From: an uncultured Pseudomonadales bacterium
Lineage (GTDB): Bacteria > Patescibacteriota > Microgenomatia > UBA1400 > UBA12028
NCBI GenBank assembly: GCA_964509365.1
Contig: CAZDWN010000002.1
Location: forward strand, 231,671-295,670
DNA: 64,000 nucleotides
Reading direction: 5' to 3'
Within the stretch, counting starts at the first letter, position 1, and each line of letters opens with the position of its first letter. Shown piece after piece: positions 56,231 to 64,000 of this stretch. Below the pieces are notes generated by a model. That model was not told the DNA's origin and did no database searches. It saw nothing but the letters and a program-made list of their open reading frames with translations. Made by a program: the position numbers and the translations under genes.

Positions 56231-57436
56231 TTATGGCGCGTTCACACTTTCTATCCATTTTTTATATTGTCGACTCCGATCGGCATAATCTTCAAACAAT
56301 CCAAACGACGGTGATGCAGTCGACATGAGTACACTTGACCCGCTTGGAGTCAGTGCATACGCCTGAGTGATTGCCTCTTCCATGGACTGCACTGGTACGC
56401 ACTTGATCGAAGGAGCCAGCGCAGAGACGAGATCTGCGATGATTGCTCCTGTGGTCGGAAAGTGTATCAATGTGTGGACGGTTGATGTCGCGATTTTTGT
56501 GGCGAGCGCATCATATGATTGATGTCGATCAAATCCTCCGACGATGAGAGTCGCGAGGTGTGGCGTCGAATCGATCGCTAAGATCGTCGCTTCAGGGATC
56601 GTCGCCACAGCGTCATCGTAAAACGAAATGCCACGTTGTTCAGCCACTTTCTCCATGCGACCAGGAAGAGTCTTCAGCGTGGACAGAGCCTCTTTAATTT
56701 GTTTTTCAGATGCCTTGCGTTCGCGAGCGATCAGCACTGCTGGAATGTAATTGGTTGGCACGTCCAGAAGCTTCGCATTATATGGAATTCGTTTGGAGCG
56801 AACTTCGCTCAAGAGCGCGACGAGGTTTGGATACTCATCTCGATACAAACACAAATCAGTTTCCGTCTGTAACAGAAACAGATGTTGCTTGGCTCTGGTG
56901 TATTCTTCCATGGTGTCGTAATAGTCCAAATGATCCTGATACAGTGATGTGAAGACGGCGATATGCGTCCCGCGATGCAGTGACTCAGTTTGAAATGCGC
57001 TCATCTCAAACACTGCGGTCGTCTCGTCATCCATTTGATCGACAAAATCAAGGGCTGGTCTGCCGATATTTCCGATGAGCACTGCATGATGGCCAAGCGC
57101 GTTGAGGACGTGGGCGATCGCATGAGCCGTCGTGCTCTTGCCTTTGGTCCCAGTCACTGCGATGGTTTGCTCGCCAAACAGTTGCGTAAAGAGATCAGCT
57201 TGACTGGTCAAATAGGATTTTGACGATAGCGTGAGAAATTTTTTGGGGATGCCCGGTGATTTGAAAACGACATCTACACTTGGGACATCAAAGTGGTCTT
57301 GGTGATTCTCAAAAATGAAGACTTTGGTATGCGGGAAGTACTTTCGCAAAAACTGGGTCGTGCTTTTTCCCTCGCGACCGTTCCCGACGATTGCGATGCT
57401 TTGAGCGCTAGTGAGCCAGTCAGGAAAATCAGGCAT
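56231..57436 (-). CDS. murD: UDP-N-acetylmuramoylalanine--D-glutamate ligase
   Basis: Mur ligase P-loop VTGTKGKSTT. Position between mraY and ftsW. Confidence 0.8.
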   Translation of the reverse strand: MPDFPDWLTSAQSIAIVGNGREGKSTTQFLRKYFPHTKVFIFENHQDHFDVPSVDVVFKSPGIPKKFLTLSSKSYLTSQADLFTQLFGEQTIAVTGTKGKSTTAHAIAHVLNALGHHAVLIGNIGRPALDFVDQMDDETTAVFEMSAFQTESLHRGTHIAVFTSLYQDHLDYYDTMEEYTRAKQHLFLLQTETDLCLYRDEYPNLVALLSEVRSKRIPYNAKLLDVPTNYIPAVLIARERKASEKQIKEALSTLKTLPGRMEKVAEQRGISFYDDAVATIPEATILAIDSTPHLATLIVGGFDRHQSYDALATKIATSTVHTLIHFPTTGAIIADLVSALAPSIKCVPVQSMEEAITQAYALTPSGSSVLMSTASPSFGLFEDYADRSRQYKKWIESVNAP

Positions 57437-58709
57437 AGTGTTGTAAGAGCAATGGTAACTCTTTTCCTTCTCGTCTGTGTAGTGCCATCTTGAGTGCTTC
57501 GATTGATTCCGATCGAGTACCGACACATTCAAACGGTTTGAACTCAACTTTCCCTAGGAGTGCATCGAAATGTGGTATCAAATGATCTTGATTCATCACA
57601 TCAGATCGAAAGATGCGGGCGATTGTCTCATCATCGAGATATGCTGAGAGCAGCAACGCGACAAAGGCACATTTTCCACATTTTCCGCACCACACGTTGT
57701 CTTTTTGGCCGACATTGCAGCTATGGAACACTTCAAAATATTCTGGAAAAGTGACAAATTTTTCCATGATCGCCAGTTCATTCATCGAACGCAAATAACT
57801 AAAATATCGTGGTGAGCTCGATCCAAACAGTGAAGTGACATACGACTGAAAGTCGCGTTCAAATTCTACTGATTTGGAGTACTGGTGATTAATATCGATT
57901 CCTTCCCAAGTTCCTGTCGGCTCGTTACTGCTCGATTCATTCGAGATCGCGATCTGGGGTATCTCATACAGTCGTGCAGTCAGTATCGTAAAAAATGCGA
58001 GCACTGATGAGAATGGAGTATGCCCATTGGGATGACCTTCACTATTCAGTTCACTGAGACGAGAGTCTAGCGTTCGTGAAAAGACGATATCACCAAGTCT
58101 CGGATGTCTGGATCCAAACAGATCGATGACGTCTGCAGATGATCCCTTGAGTCCTGACCAGGTGTAGATGGCTCGACCCTCAACGGCCAGCAACTCTAGT
58201 GTCACGATCGAATCTTTGCCTCCACCTACTGGGACCAGCACAGCTGATAGCTTAGAGCTTGTAGCTTCTAGCTTGTCATCCTGAGCGACCTGGTACTCCA
58301 GGCGGTCGAAGGATAGTTTTCTTTCCGTGCTTTTGAATTCCGGCTTGAACGGCTTAATCTTATTTTGATAGAAAAATTCTCCGAGTCCAAAGTAAAACAG
58401 CTTTTGCCAAAATTGGATTTGAGTTGCATCTAAGTTCCCGCACTGGATCTCTATCGTCGGAGATAAAAATGCTTTCCAGTAGCTGGGGATCTCGGCGATT
58501 CCAAGTTGGAAGATATACTCATCGAGTTCAGGTTTTGAGATCTTTTTAACCATCTCTTCAGTCACACCTGAGATCGTATCGACAGTCGTCAGTTTCTCAT
58601 CGCCACAAGAGAACTGAAATGAGAGCTCGATTAGACCCGGCTTTAATTCGTATGAGTATGAGTCATACGAAAACAGAGGATACGTTTTTTGTAATTCTTC
58701 GAATGTCAT
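57429..58709 (-). CDS. hypothetical PP-loop (SGGxDS-type) ATP pyrophosphatase-like protein with CxxCGKC motif, inserted in the dcw cluster
   Basis: LVPVGGGKDS matches the PP-loop. A C-terminal WCGKCGKC cysteine cluster is present. The gene contains repeat copy C and a heptamer array in-frame. Confidence 0.5.
   Translation of the reverse strand: MTFEELQKTYPLFSYDSYSYELKPGLIELSFQFSCGDEKLTTVDTISGVTEEMVKKISKPELDEYIFQLGIAEIPSYWKAFLSPTIEIQCGNLDATQIQFWQKLFYFGLGEFFYQNKIKPFKPEFKSTERKLSFDRLEYQVAQDDKLEATSSKLSAVLVPVGGGKDSIVTLELLAVEGRAIYTWSGLKGSSADVIDLFGSRHPRLGDIVFSRTLDSRLSELNSEGHPNGHTPFSSVLAFFTILTARLYEIPQIAISNESSSNEPTGTWEGIDINHQYSKSVEFERDFQSYVTSLFGSSSPRYFSYLRSMNELAIMEKFVTFPEYFEVFHSCNVGQKDNVWCGKCGKCAFVALLLSAYLDDETIARIFRSDVMNQDHLIPHFDALLGKVEFKPFECVGTRSESIEALKMALHRREGKELPLLLQHYA
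58242..58276. repeat. 5 x 7-nt tandem array (AGCTGAT AGCTTAG AGCTTGT AGCTTCT AGCTTGT) abutting repeat copy C inside the PP-loop gene
   Basis: Direct reading of the sequence. It encodes KLEATSSKLSAV in-frame. Confidence 0.7.
58275..58321. repeat. Structured repeat element copy C, in-frame inside the PP-loop gene
   Basis: GTCATCCTGAGC, then CCTGG-tact-CCAGG, then GGTCGAAGGATAGTTTTC. Compensatory stem changes relative to copies A and B. Confidence 0.7.
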
Positions 58710-58761
58710 ATTCTGTCTTTGTAGGGGTTTGATTTATCAAACCCAAAGAACATTTCAATTT

Positions 58762-59805
58762 TTATAGTAGCGATATCCACAGTCCGATAAGCGTGAGGAT
58801 GAGGCCAGCGAGCCAGGCACGAGCGACGATCTTCGGTTCTTCCCAGCCGATATATTGAAGATAGAGATGAAATGGAGCGACCGGAAATATTTTCTTTTTC
58901 ATGATCGCTTTGGACAACAGCTGCATCCCACTCGTCAGTACCTCCACAAAGAAAAGTCCACCGATGACGACGAGTCCGACGGTCTTGCCGAGCAGAAGCC
59001 CGACGACCGCTAGAGTCGCACCAAAAGCGAGTGCTCCCACATCACCCATCCAGATACGTGCAGGATTCACATTGAAATACAAAAATGCGATCAATGATCC
59101 GATCCACAGTGAAATAAAAACTGAGAGCGGAGTATCTAAGATCGATGCCGACAAGATCCAGAATCCAAACAAACAGATCATCAAGATGCCAGCGGCGAGG
59201 CCGTCAAGTCCATCTGTAATATTGACTGCGTTCGCAAACGAGACGATGGTAAATGCAGCAAATGGCACATAGACCCATCCAAGATTGAGGGTTCCTAGGA
59301 ATGGAATATGCAGAAACGAGATCCCTAACCAGTTGTAGAGCATGAGTGCGATCGCAAATCCCAGTATCCACTGTAAGGTAAATTTATGGATCAAACGCAT
59401 CCCAAAGAACTTCGCTTTTTCAAATCCAAAAAACTTCTTTGCATCGTCGTAGAGACCAAGTGCACCAAACGACAGCAAAGTAAAAAACAAGATGACGACT
59501 TCAGGCTTCAAGGGATACACCGGTAAGATGGGGAAGCCAGACATCTGCATGAGCCAAAGGACGATCGGTGACAATAGCGCGACGACAGCGATGATCAGTG
59601 CTCCGCCACCGACAGGTGTCCCTGCTTTGTGTTGGTGAAAGCGATCAAAGATCGGACTTCGTTTCCCTAATGCGTCGATGGTAGTTTGCTTTTGCCTCTG
59701 AAATTTGATGCGATACAGCATGTTGATAAACGGCACAATGAGCAAACTCGTGGCAACAAACGAGATGATCACATTCCCAAGGTAGAAAGAAAGTGCGCTA
59801 TTCAT
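58762..59805 (-). CDS. mraY: phospho-N-acetylmuramoyl-pentapeptide transferase
   Basis: Polytopic, with conserved MraY Asp-rich loops. Confidence 0.85.
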   Translation of the reverse strand: MNSALSFYLGNVIISFVATSLLIVPFINMLYRIKFQRQKQTTIDALGKRSPIFDRFHQHKAGTPVGGGALIIAVVALLSPIVLWLMQMSGFPILPVYPLKPEVVILFFTLLSFGALGLYDDAKKFFGFEKAKFFGMRLIHKFTLQWILGFAIALMLYNWLGISFLHIPFLGTLNLGWVYVPFAAFTIVSFANAVNITDGLDGLAAGILMICLFGFWILSASILDTPLSVFISLWIGSLIAFLYFNVNPARIWMGDVGALAFGATLAVVGLLLGKTVGLVVIGGLFFVEVLTSGMQLLSKAIMKKKIFPVAPFHLYLQYIGWEEPKIVARAWLAGLILTLIGLWISLL

Positions 59806-59827
59806 ACGGCTCGACTGATCTCCTGGT

Positions 59828-61156
59828 CTACTGGTCTACTTGTCTAACTATCTTTGCTCCCATACTATTAAATTGTTCATCCAGATGCTCGTATCCTCGA
59901 TCGATTTGGCTTTTCGGATCACGGAGGATCGTCTCCCCAGTTGCACTCATCCCTGCGATCATGAGCGTAGCTCCGTGACGAAGATCCTTCACATCAAATG
60001 CTCCGCCGACGAGCGAGGCCGGACCGGTGATCCTTGCAGCATGAAGATCTGTTGCCGATCGATCCTTCCAATTAAAGTTATAGACTGATTCTGGGTCAGT
60101 GACAATCGGATTGTAGAGCTCGATATCTGCACCCATTGAGACGAGCGCAGGCACGTACTGGAATCGACTTTGAGAGATCGTCTCATGCACGGTGCTGACT
60201 CCATATGCCTGTGTCATGAGGATGACCCACAGTGGTTGCCAATCAGTCATAAAGCCCGGGAATATGGCAGTCTCGACATCGATCGCTTGCAGTGGCCCTT
60301 TATAAAAAAAGCGTATTCCGAAATCACCGACTTGCACTCCTGCACCGATCAGTTCAAGTTTTTCCAAGAAGCTCTCTAAGTCTTTGGCTTTGGCGTTTTC
60401 GACGACGATATCGCCTTTTGTGGCAAGCGCTGCGACTGCAAACGAGACGATTTGATTGCGGTCTGGCAAGATCTTATGGGTGGCCCCATGTAAGACGTCG
60501 ACACCCTCGATCTCGATGATTCGATTTGGAAGTCGTTTGATTTTCCCGCCCATGGCATTTAAGAATACGATGAGGTCATCTATTTCTGGTTCTTCAGCAG
60601 CATTTTCAAGAATTGTTTTGCCTTTGGCACGCACAGCAGCAAGAAGAAGTGTCTCAGTCCCCGTGTGAGTATTTTTCTCAAAACGATAGGTAGTACCCAC
60701 GAGCTCATTTGCAGTACAGATGATCAGTCCATCCTTTTGTTCGACGGTCACTCCAAGCGCTCGCAACCCATCAAAGTGGCGTTCGAGTGGACGCTTGCCG
60801 ATCTTGTCTCCACCTGGTTCGGGGACGACTGCTTTGCCGAATTTATGAAGGAATGCAGGGATAAACATGGTCGAGGCACGAGATGCTTCTCCATGCGTCG
60901 AGTCTACTTCAAAGTGCGTCAACCCCTCAGGGTCGACCACGTAGCATCGCTCACCGACTTCTTCGGCTCTGGCTCCAAGACTATTGATCAGTTTGGCGAC
61001 GAGCGCGACATCACTGATATGAGAAAAATTTAAAATCCTTGAGGGCGAGTCTGCCATCAGTGCCGCGATCATCAGTTTATAGGAAGCATTTTTGGCACCG
61101 CCGACGCGCACAGATCCGAAAAGTGGAGTGTTTCCCTGGACGCGAAAAGTCGGCAT
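59828..61156 (-). CDS. murA: UDP-N-acetylglucosamine 1-carboxyvinyltransferase with Asp at the fosfomycin-target Cys position
   Basis: The EPT fold. The motif reads PEPGGDKIGKRP, aligned to E. coli LPGGCTIGARP. Confidence 0.85.
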   Translation of the reverse strand: MPTFRVQGNTPLFGSVRVGGAKNASYKLMIAALMADSPSRILNFSHISDVALVAKLINSLGARAEEVGERCYVVDPEGLTHFEVDSTHGEASRASTMFIPAFLHKFGKAVVPEPGGDKIGKRPLERHFDGLRALGVTVEQKDGLIICTANELVGTTYRFEKNTHTGTETLLLAAVRAKGKTILENAAEEPEIDDLIVFLNAMGGKIKRLPNRIIEIEGVDVLHGATHKILPDRNQIVSFAVAALATKGDIVVENAKAKDLESFLEKLELIGAGVQVGDFGIRFFYKGPLQAIDVETAIFPGFMTDWQPLWVILMTQAYGVSTVHETISQSRFQYVPALVSMGADIELYNPIVTDPESVYNFNWKDRSATDLHAARITGPASLVGGAFDVKDLRHGATLMIAGMSATGETILRDPKSQIDRGYEHLDEQFNSMGAKIVRQVDQ

Positions 61157-61236
61157 AGAGTCCTATTGTACCCTTTTGAGGTAGATTTGTACTAGTCTCT
61201 CAGGATCCACTCGAGGTAGGCGTGTGCCCAATTTGC

Positions 61237-61265
61237 TTGCATTCGGTTTCCATTCGGCCTATAAT
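61237..61265 (+). promoter_or_regulatory. Consensus-like sigma70 promoter: TTGCAT, 17-nt spacer, TATAAT
   Basis: Hexamers at 61237-61242 and 61260-61265. An AGGAAAGGAGG ribosome-binding site follows. Confidence 0.55.
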
Positions 61266-61293
61266 CCACTTTTTAGTAGGAAAGGAGGCCTAT

Positions 61294-61482
61294 ATGGCAA
61301 ATCCTAGAGAAGGTGGAATGAGAGTTCCTGAGGAATTTGTGGAGTTGATCGAACAACGTCCACAAGAAAACCCTGAGCTCACAGTCAGTAAGGTCCAGCA
61401 AGAAGTTGCTAAAGACCCACGAAGTACCGTTCATCAAGCTGAGCGTACCGCATATGTAATTGATCGTGAGATTCAGGACTAA
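61294..61482 (+). CDS. hypothetical small protein (62 aa), a monocistronic unit antisense to the mur cluster
   Basis: Strong promoter, a strong SD 6 nt upstream of the ATG, and a strong terminator immediately downstream. Confidence 0.5.
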   Translation: MANPREGGMRVPEEFVELIEQRPQENPELTVSKVQQEVAKDPRSTVHQAERTAYVIDREIQD

Positions 61483-61498
61483 TTCAGTGAATTTTACT

Positions 61499-61530
61499 GC
61501 CCCTCGGTTTCGACCGGGGGGCTTTTTTTA
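61499..61530 (+). terminator. Rho-independent terminator (GCCCCTCGG-TTTCGA-CCGGGGGGC followed by TTTTTTTT)
   Basis: GC-rich 9-bp stem followed by a U8 run. Confidence 0.8.
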
Positions 61531-61533
61531 TGC

Positions 61534-62643
61534 CTACAAATTTTGGGCGATGAGTCGCTTGAGCTCATCAAGCCCCTCTCCCGTCTTTGCCGACACGAGC
61601 ACATGCCGTGTCCCCAGGAATTTTTCACGCAGGAGTTTTTTTTCTTCACTGCCCAAGTTGTCTATTTTATTGAGCACGAGCACTGGCTCTTGATACGCCG
61701 GCAACTCTTTGAGGATTTCTTTGACTGTCTCTATCTTCGAATCGATCCTCGCATCACTCGCATCGATGACATGGAGGAGGACATCTGCCTGAATACTCTC
61801 TTGGAGCGTCGAGCGGAATGCATTGATGAGCAATGGAGGCAATTCATCGATAAAGCCAATGGTGTCAGAGATGAGGACATCACCGTCGACTTTTGGGATG
61901 TGTACTTTCCCCAACACGCTATCAAGCGTCGTGAACAACTGTGAATTTTCCTGCTTTTCTTTCCCTGTCAGCAAATTAAATAGCGTTGTCTTCCCGGCAC
62001 TCGTATAGCCGACCAGCGCAGCAGTTCGGACACCGCTTCGTCGACGATCATTTATGCGACTTTGCGCCATCTTCGAACGATGAGCAAGCTCTGTCTCTAT
62101 TTGTTGCACCCGTCGTTTGATATGTCTGCGCTCTATCTCACTATTTGTCTCACCAGCTCCTCGCGTCCCGATCCCTCCGCCTTGTTTGGAGAGCACCGTG
62201 CCACCGAGACCATAGATACGCGGTCCAATATGCTTGATTCTGGCAAGTTCGATCTGTAGTTTTGCTTCGGTCGTTTTTGCGTGCATTTCAAAAATAGCGA
62301 GGATGAGACCGACGCGGTCCCAGACTTTGATCAGTCGATTGACCGGCCAGAGTGCCTGTTCGAGACGAAACAGTTGTCCTGGTTTCACGATGTCATTGAG
62401 GACGACGACATCTATTTTTTCATCCTCGACGAGATGTGTGAGCCATTCGACTTTGCCTCCACCGATATAGGTCCCTGCATGCGGCGTCGGGCGGTGTTGT
62501 GTGGATTTGGCCACCACGAGACCACCGGCAGTGTCGACAAGGGCTTCGAGCTCTTCCATGTCTTTGAGAGCTTTTTCCTCGTACTCATGTCGGGTGATCA
62601 CTTGCAGTAATACAAATCGAAGTTGTTGGTGTTGTGTGGTCAT
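61534..62643 (-). CDS. hflX: GTPase HflX
   Basis: HflX N-terminal domain plus the G-domain motifs GYTSAGKTTL and DTIG. Confidence 0.85.
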   Translation of the reverse strand: MTTQHQQLRFVLLQVITRHEYEEKALKDMEELEALVDTAGGLVVAKSTQHRPTPHAGTYIGGGKVEWLTHLVEDEKIDVVVLNDIVKPGQLFRLEQALWPVNRLIKVWDRVGLILAIFEMHAKTTEAKLQIELARIKHIGPRIYGLGGTVLSKQGGGIGTRGAGETNSEIERRHIKRRVQQIETELAHRSKMAQSRINDRRRSGVRTAALVGYTSAGKTTLFNLLTGKEKQENSQLFTTLDSVLGKVHIPKVDGDVLISDTIGFIDELPPLLINAFRSTLQESIQADVLLHVIDASDARIDSKIETVKEILKELPAYQEPVLVLNKIDNLGSEEKKLLREKFLGTRHVLVSAKTGEGLDELKRLIAQNL

Positions 62644-63641
62644 TGGATGAAAAACACTTCGCGCTCGAGTTTGATCCCGAACTTGTCTTGCACTTTTTGC
62701 TCTACTTTAGTTGCGAGTGCATCAATATCTTCACTTGTAGCAGCTCCAAGATTGATGATATATGTCGCGTGCTTGTCACTGACTTGCGCTCCACCGACAG
62801 TCGTCCCTTTCAATCCCGCTTGATCGATCAAAAATCCCGCTGCAATTTGCGTGACGTTGTGTTCGGTTTTCACTGCCTCCTTCGGAACTGTAATCTGTGC
62901 GCTGATCGCTGTGAGCTGTTCGCTGGATATCGCAGGGTTTCGAAACATGCACCCAGTACTCGGGACCCCGATCGGTTGCGTTGCGACGCGCTTCTTTGCC
63001 GCCTCTAGCATTTTTTCTTGGATATGCACTTGGTCACCCTTATAGAGTTCAAACGTCGCTCGCAGGACTATCGCTGGCACTTCATGAAAGATGGAGTAGT
63101 CATACCCAAACTTCAGCTGCTCTTTTGGCCAAACTTCCCGCTTCCCTTCCGGAGTGCAGACTTCGACATGGAGAATACTGTTTCCGATGAGTTCATGAAG
63201 CGTAAAATGCGAGTTGTTGACGATCGCCCCTCCGATCGTCCCTGGCACGCCCACAAAATATTCCAAGCCCGTGAGTCCAGCAGACATGGTGTCATTTGCA
63301 AACATGGCTGTGATGACGCCACTGTCCGCTGTCGCACGCACTTTCTCTGTGCCTTCCACTGGATTGAACTCCAGTGATTTCGTTTTGTTGATGATCACAA
63401 GTTTCTGGATGCCAGCATCTGAGATGACAGTATTACTCGCGCCGCCAAGCACGACAAACGGCACCGCATGGATAAAACAAAACGAACACAAGTCATAGAG
63501 CTCGTCTACGTTGTGAAGCTCTACGAAGAGCTGCGCCGGTCCTCCGACTTTCATATACGTGAAGGAAGCGAGTGGCACATCTTGCATGAGCGGCAGATGA
63601 GGAAATGAGGTAATGATGGTATCAATTTCTTTTTGTTGCAT
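62640..63641 (-). CDS. murB: UDP-N-acetylenolpyruvoylglucosamine reductase
   Basis: FAD-binding GGASN region and a MurB C-terminal domain. Confidence 0.8.
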   Translation of the reverse strand: MQQKEIDTIITSFPHLPLMQDVPLASFTYMKVGGPAQLFVELHNVDELYDLCSFCFIHAVPFVVLGGASNTVISDAGIQKLVIINKTKSLEFNPVEGTEKVRATADSGVITAMFANDTMSAGLTGLEYFVGVPGTIGGAIVNNSHFTLHELIGNSILHVEVCTPEGKREVWPKEQLKFGYDYSIFHEVPAIVLRATFELYKGDQVHIQEKMLEAAKKRVATQPIGVPSTGCMFRNPAISSEQLTAISAQITVPKEAVKTEHNVTQIAAGFLIDQAGLKGTTVGGAQVSDKHATYIINLGAATSEDIDALATKVEQKVQDKFGIKLEREVFFIQ

Positions 63642-63665
63642 AGTGAGTTTTTACTGATCTCCTGA

Positions 63666-64000
63666 TCACCTGGTCTCCTGGTCCACTGATATCTTCTCAT
63701 ATACTTTATAAATATCCCCAGCTCCCATAGTGATAAAAACATCGGTTGACTTTAGAATTTCTGGAATTCGCCCTGCGAGTTCATTATAATTTGACACTTG
63801 GCATTGGACATTCGTCATTCGCGAAGCGAGCAGGCTTGAACTCACACTCGGATCCTCCTGTTCTCTTGCACTAGCAAAAATGTCGAGCAAGATGACCTCA
63901 TCTGCCAGTGATAATGAGCTCACAAATCCATCAAATAATGCCTTGGTGCGAGAGTACGTATGAGGCTGAAATGCCACGACGACGCGTTTCCCTGGTCGCC
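63666..64000 (-). CDS. murC: C-terminal part of a Mur ligase (probably UDP-N-acetylmuramate--L-alanine ligase). The gene continues beyond the window.
   Basis: Mur ligase C-terminal domain sequence. Lies upstream of murB. Confidence 0.5.
   Translation of the reverse strand, partial: RPGKRVVVAFQPHTYSRTKALFDGFVSSLSLADEVILLDIFASAREQEDPSVSSSLLASRMTNVQCQVSNYNELAGRIPEILKSTDVFITMGAGDIYKVYEKISVDQETR

Noticed and set aside
45213-58321. The repeat element as a hammerhead or another small self-cleaving ribozyme
   Set aside because: CUGAGC followed by a stem and GUCGAA superficially recalls CUGAUGA-stem-GAAA. However, the hammerhead core nucleotides (the GA of CUGANGA, and GAAA positioned before stem III with a UH site) are not satisfied in any copy.
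1-64000. CRISPR array, cas genes, transposase, integrase or reverse transcriptase (DGR)
   Set aside because: None found. The only tandem repeats are 7-nt or 18-nt coding arrays and the three copies of the structured element. No ORF carries RT (YxDD), DDE or tyrosine-recombinase motifs.

Overview
This looks like a 64 kb chromosomal segment of a small-genome bacterium. The gene content and the many in-frame low-complexity insertions are compatible with a Patescibacteria/CPR-like lineage, but that assignment is inference only. Coding is dense and mostly on the minus strand.

Recognisable blocks, in coordinate order:
- an M16 peptidase and a secreted repeat protein;
- a long minus-strand operon: lemA, orf, htpX, cyt-b5 lipoprotein, gatCAB, orf, dnaE, pyrG, orf, a phosphoribosyltransferase, then after a gap rplS and a lipoprotein-type signal peptidase I;
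- a surface-glycan/glycosylation island at 23.7-31.6 kb (O-antigen-ligase/Wzy_C-like, GT2, GT39, Wzx flippase, GT2, GT4, AT-rich methyltransferase), divergently paired with a secreted LamG + Pro/Thr-linker + C39-like peptidase protein;
- a t6A cluster (tsaD plus a tsaC-tsaE fusion);
- lepB/SRAP/parB;
- rplU, a THUMP methyltransferase, and rpmA;
- def and ileS;
- a division/cell-wall (dcw) cluster: murC', murB, hflX, murA, mraY, a PP-loop orf, murD, ftsW, murG, ftsQ, ftsA, ftsZ.

Six tRNAs are present (Glu, Lys, Asp, Gly, Thr, Val). I found no CRISPR array, transposase, integrase, reverse transcriptase or rRNA.

The most unusual observations are:
1. A short structured repeat family with conserved termini flanking a compensatory-variable hairpin. 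There are at least three copies: one intergenic between ftsA and ftsZ, one forming the C-terminus of def, and one in-frame inside a dcw-cluster gene.
2. Four separate 5 x 7-nt heptanucleotide tandem arrays embedded in-frame in essential genes (tsaD, ileS twice, and the PP-loop gene).
3. A MurA whose fosfomycin-target Cys is replaced by Asp.
4. A TsaC-TsaE fusion.
5. A tightly delimited small plus-strand gene with a consensus sigma70 promoter, strong RBS and strong terminator, inserted antisense into the mur cluster.
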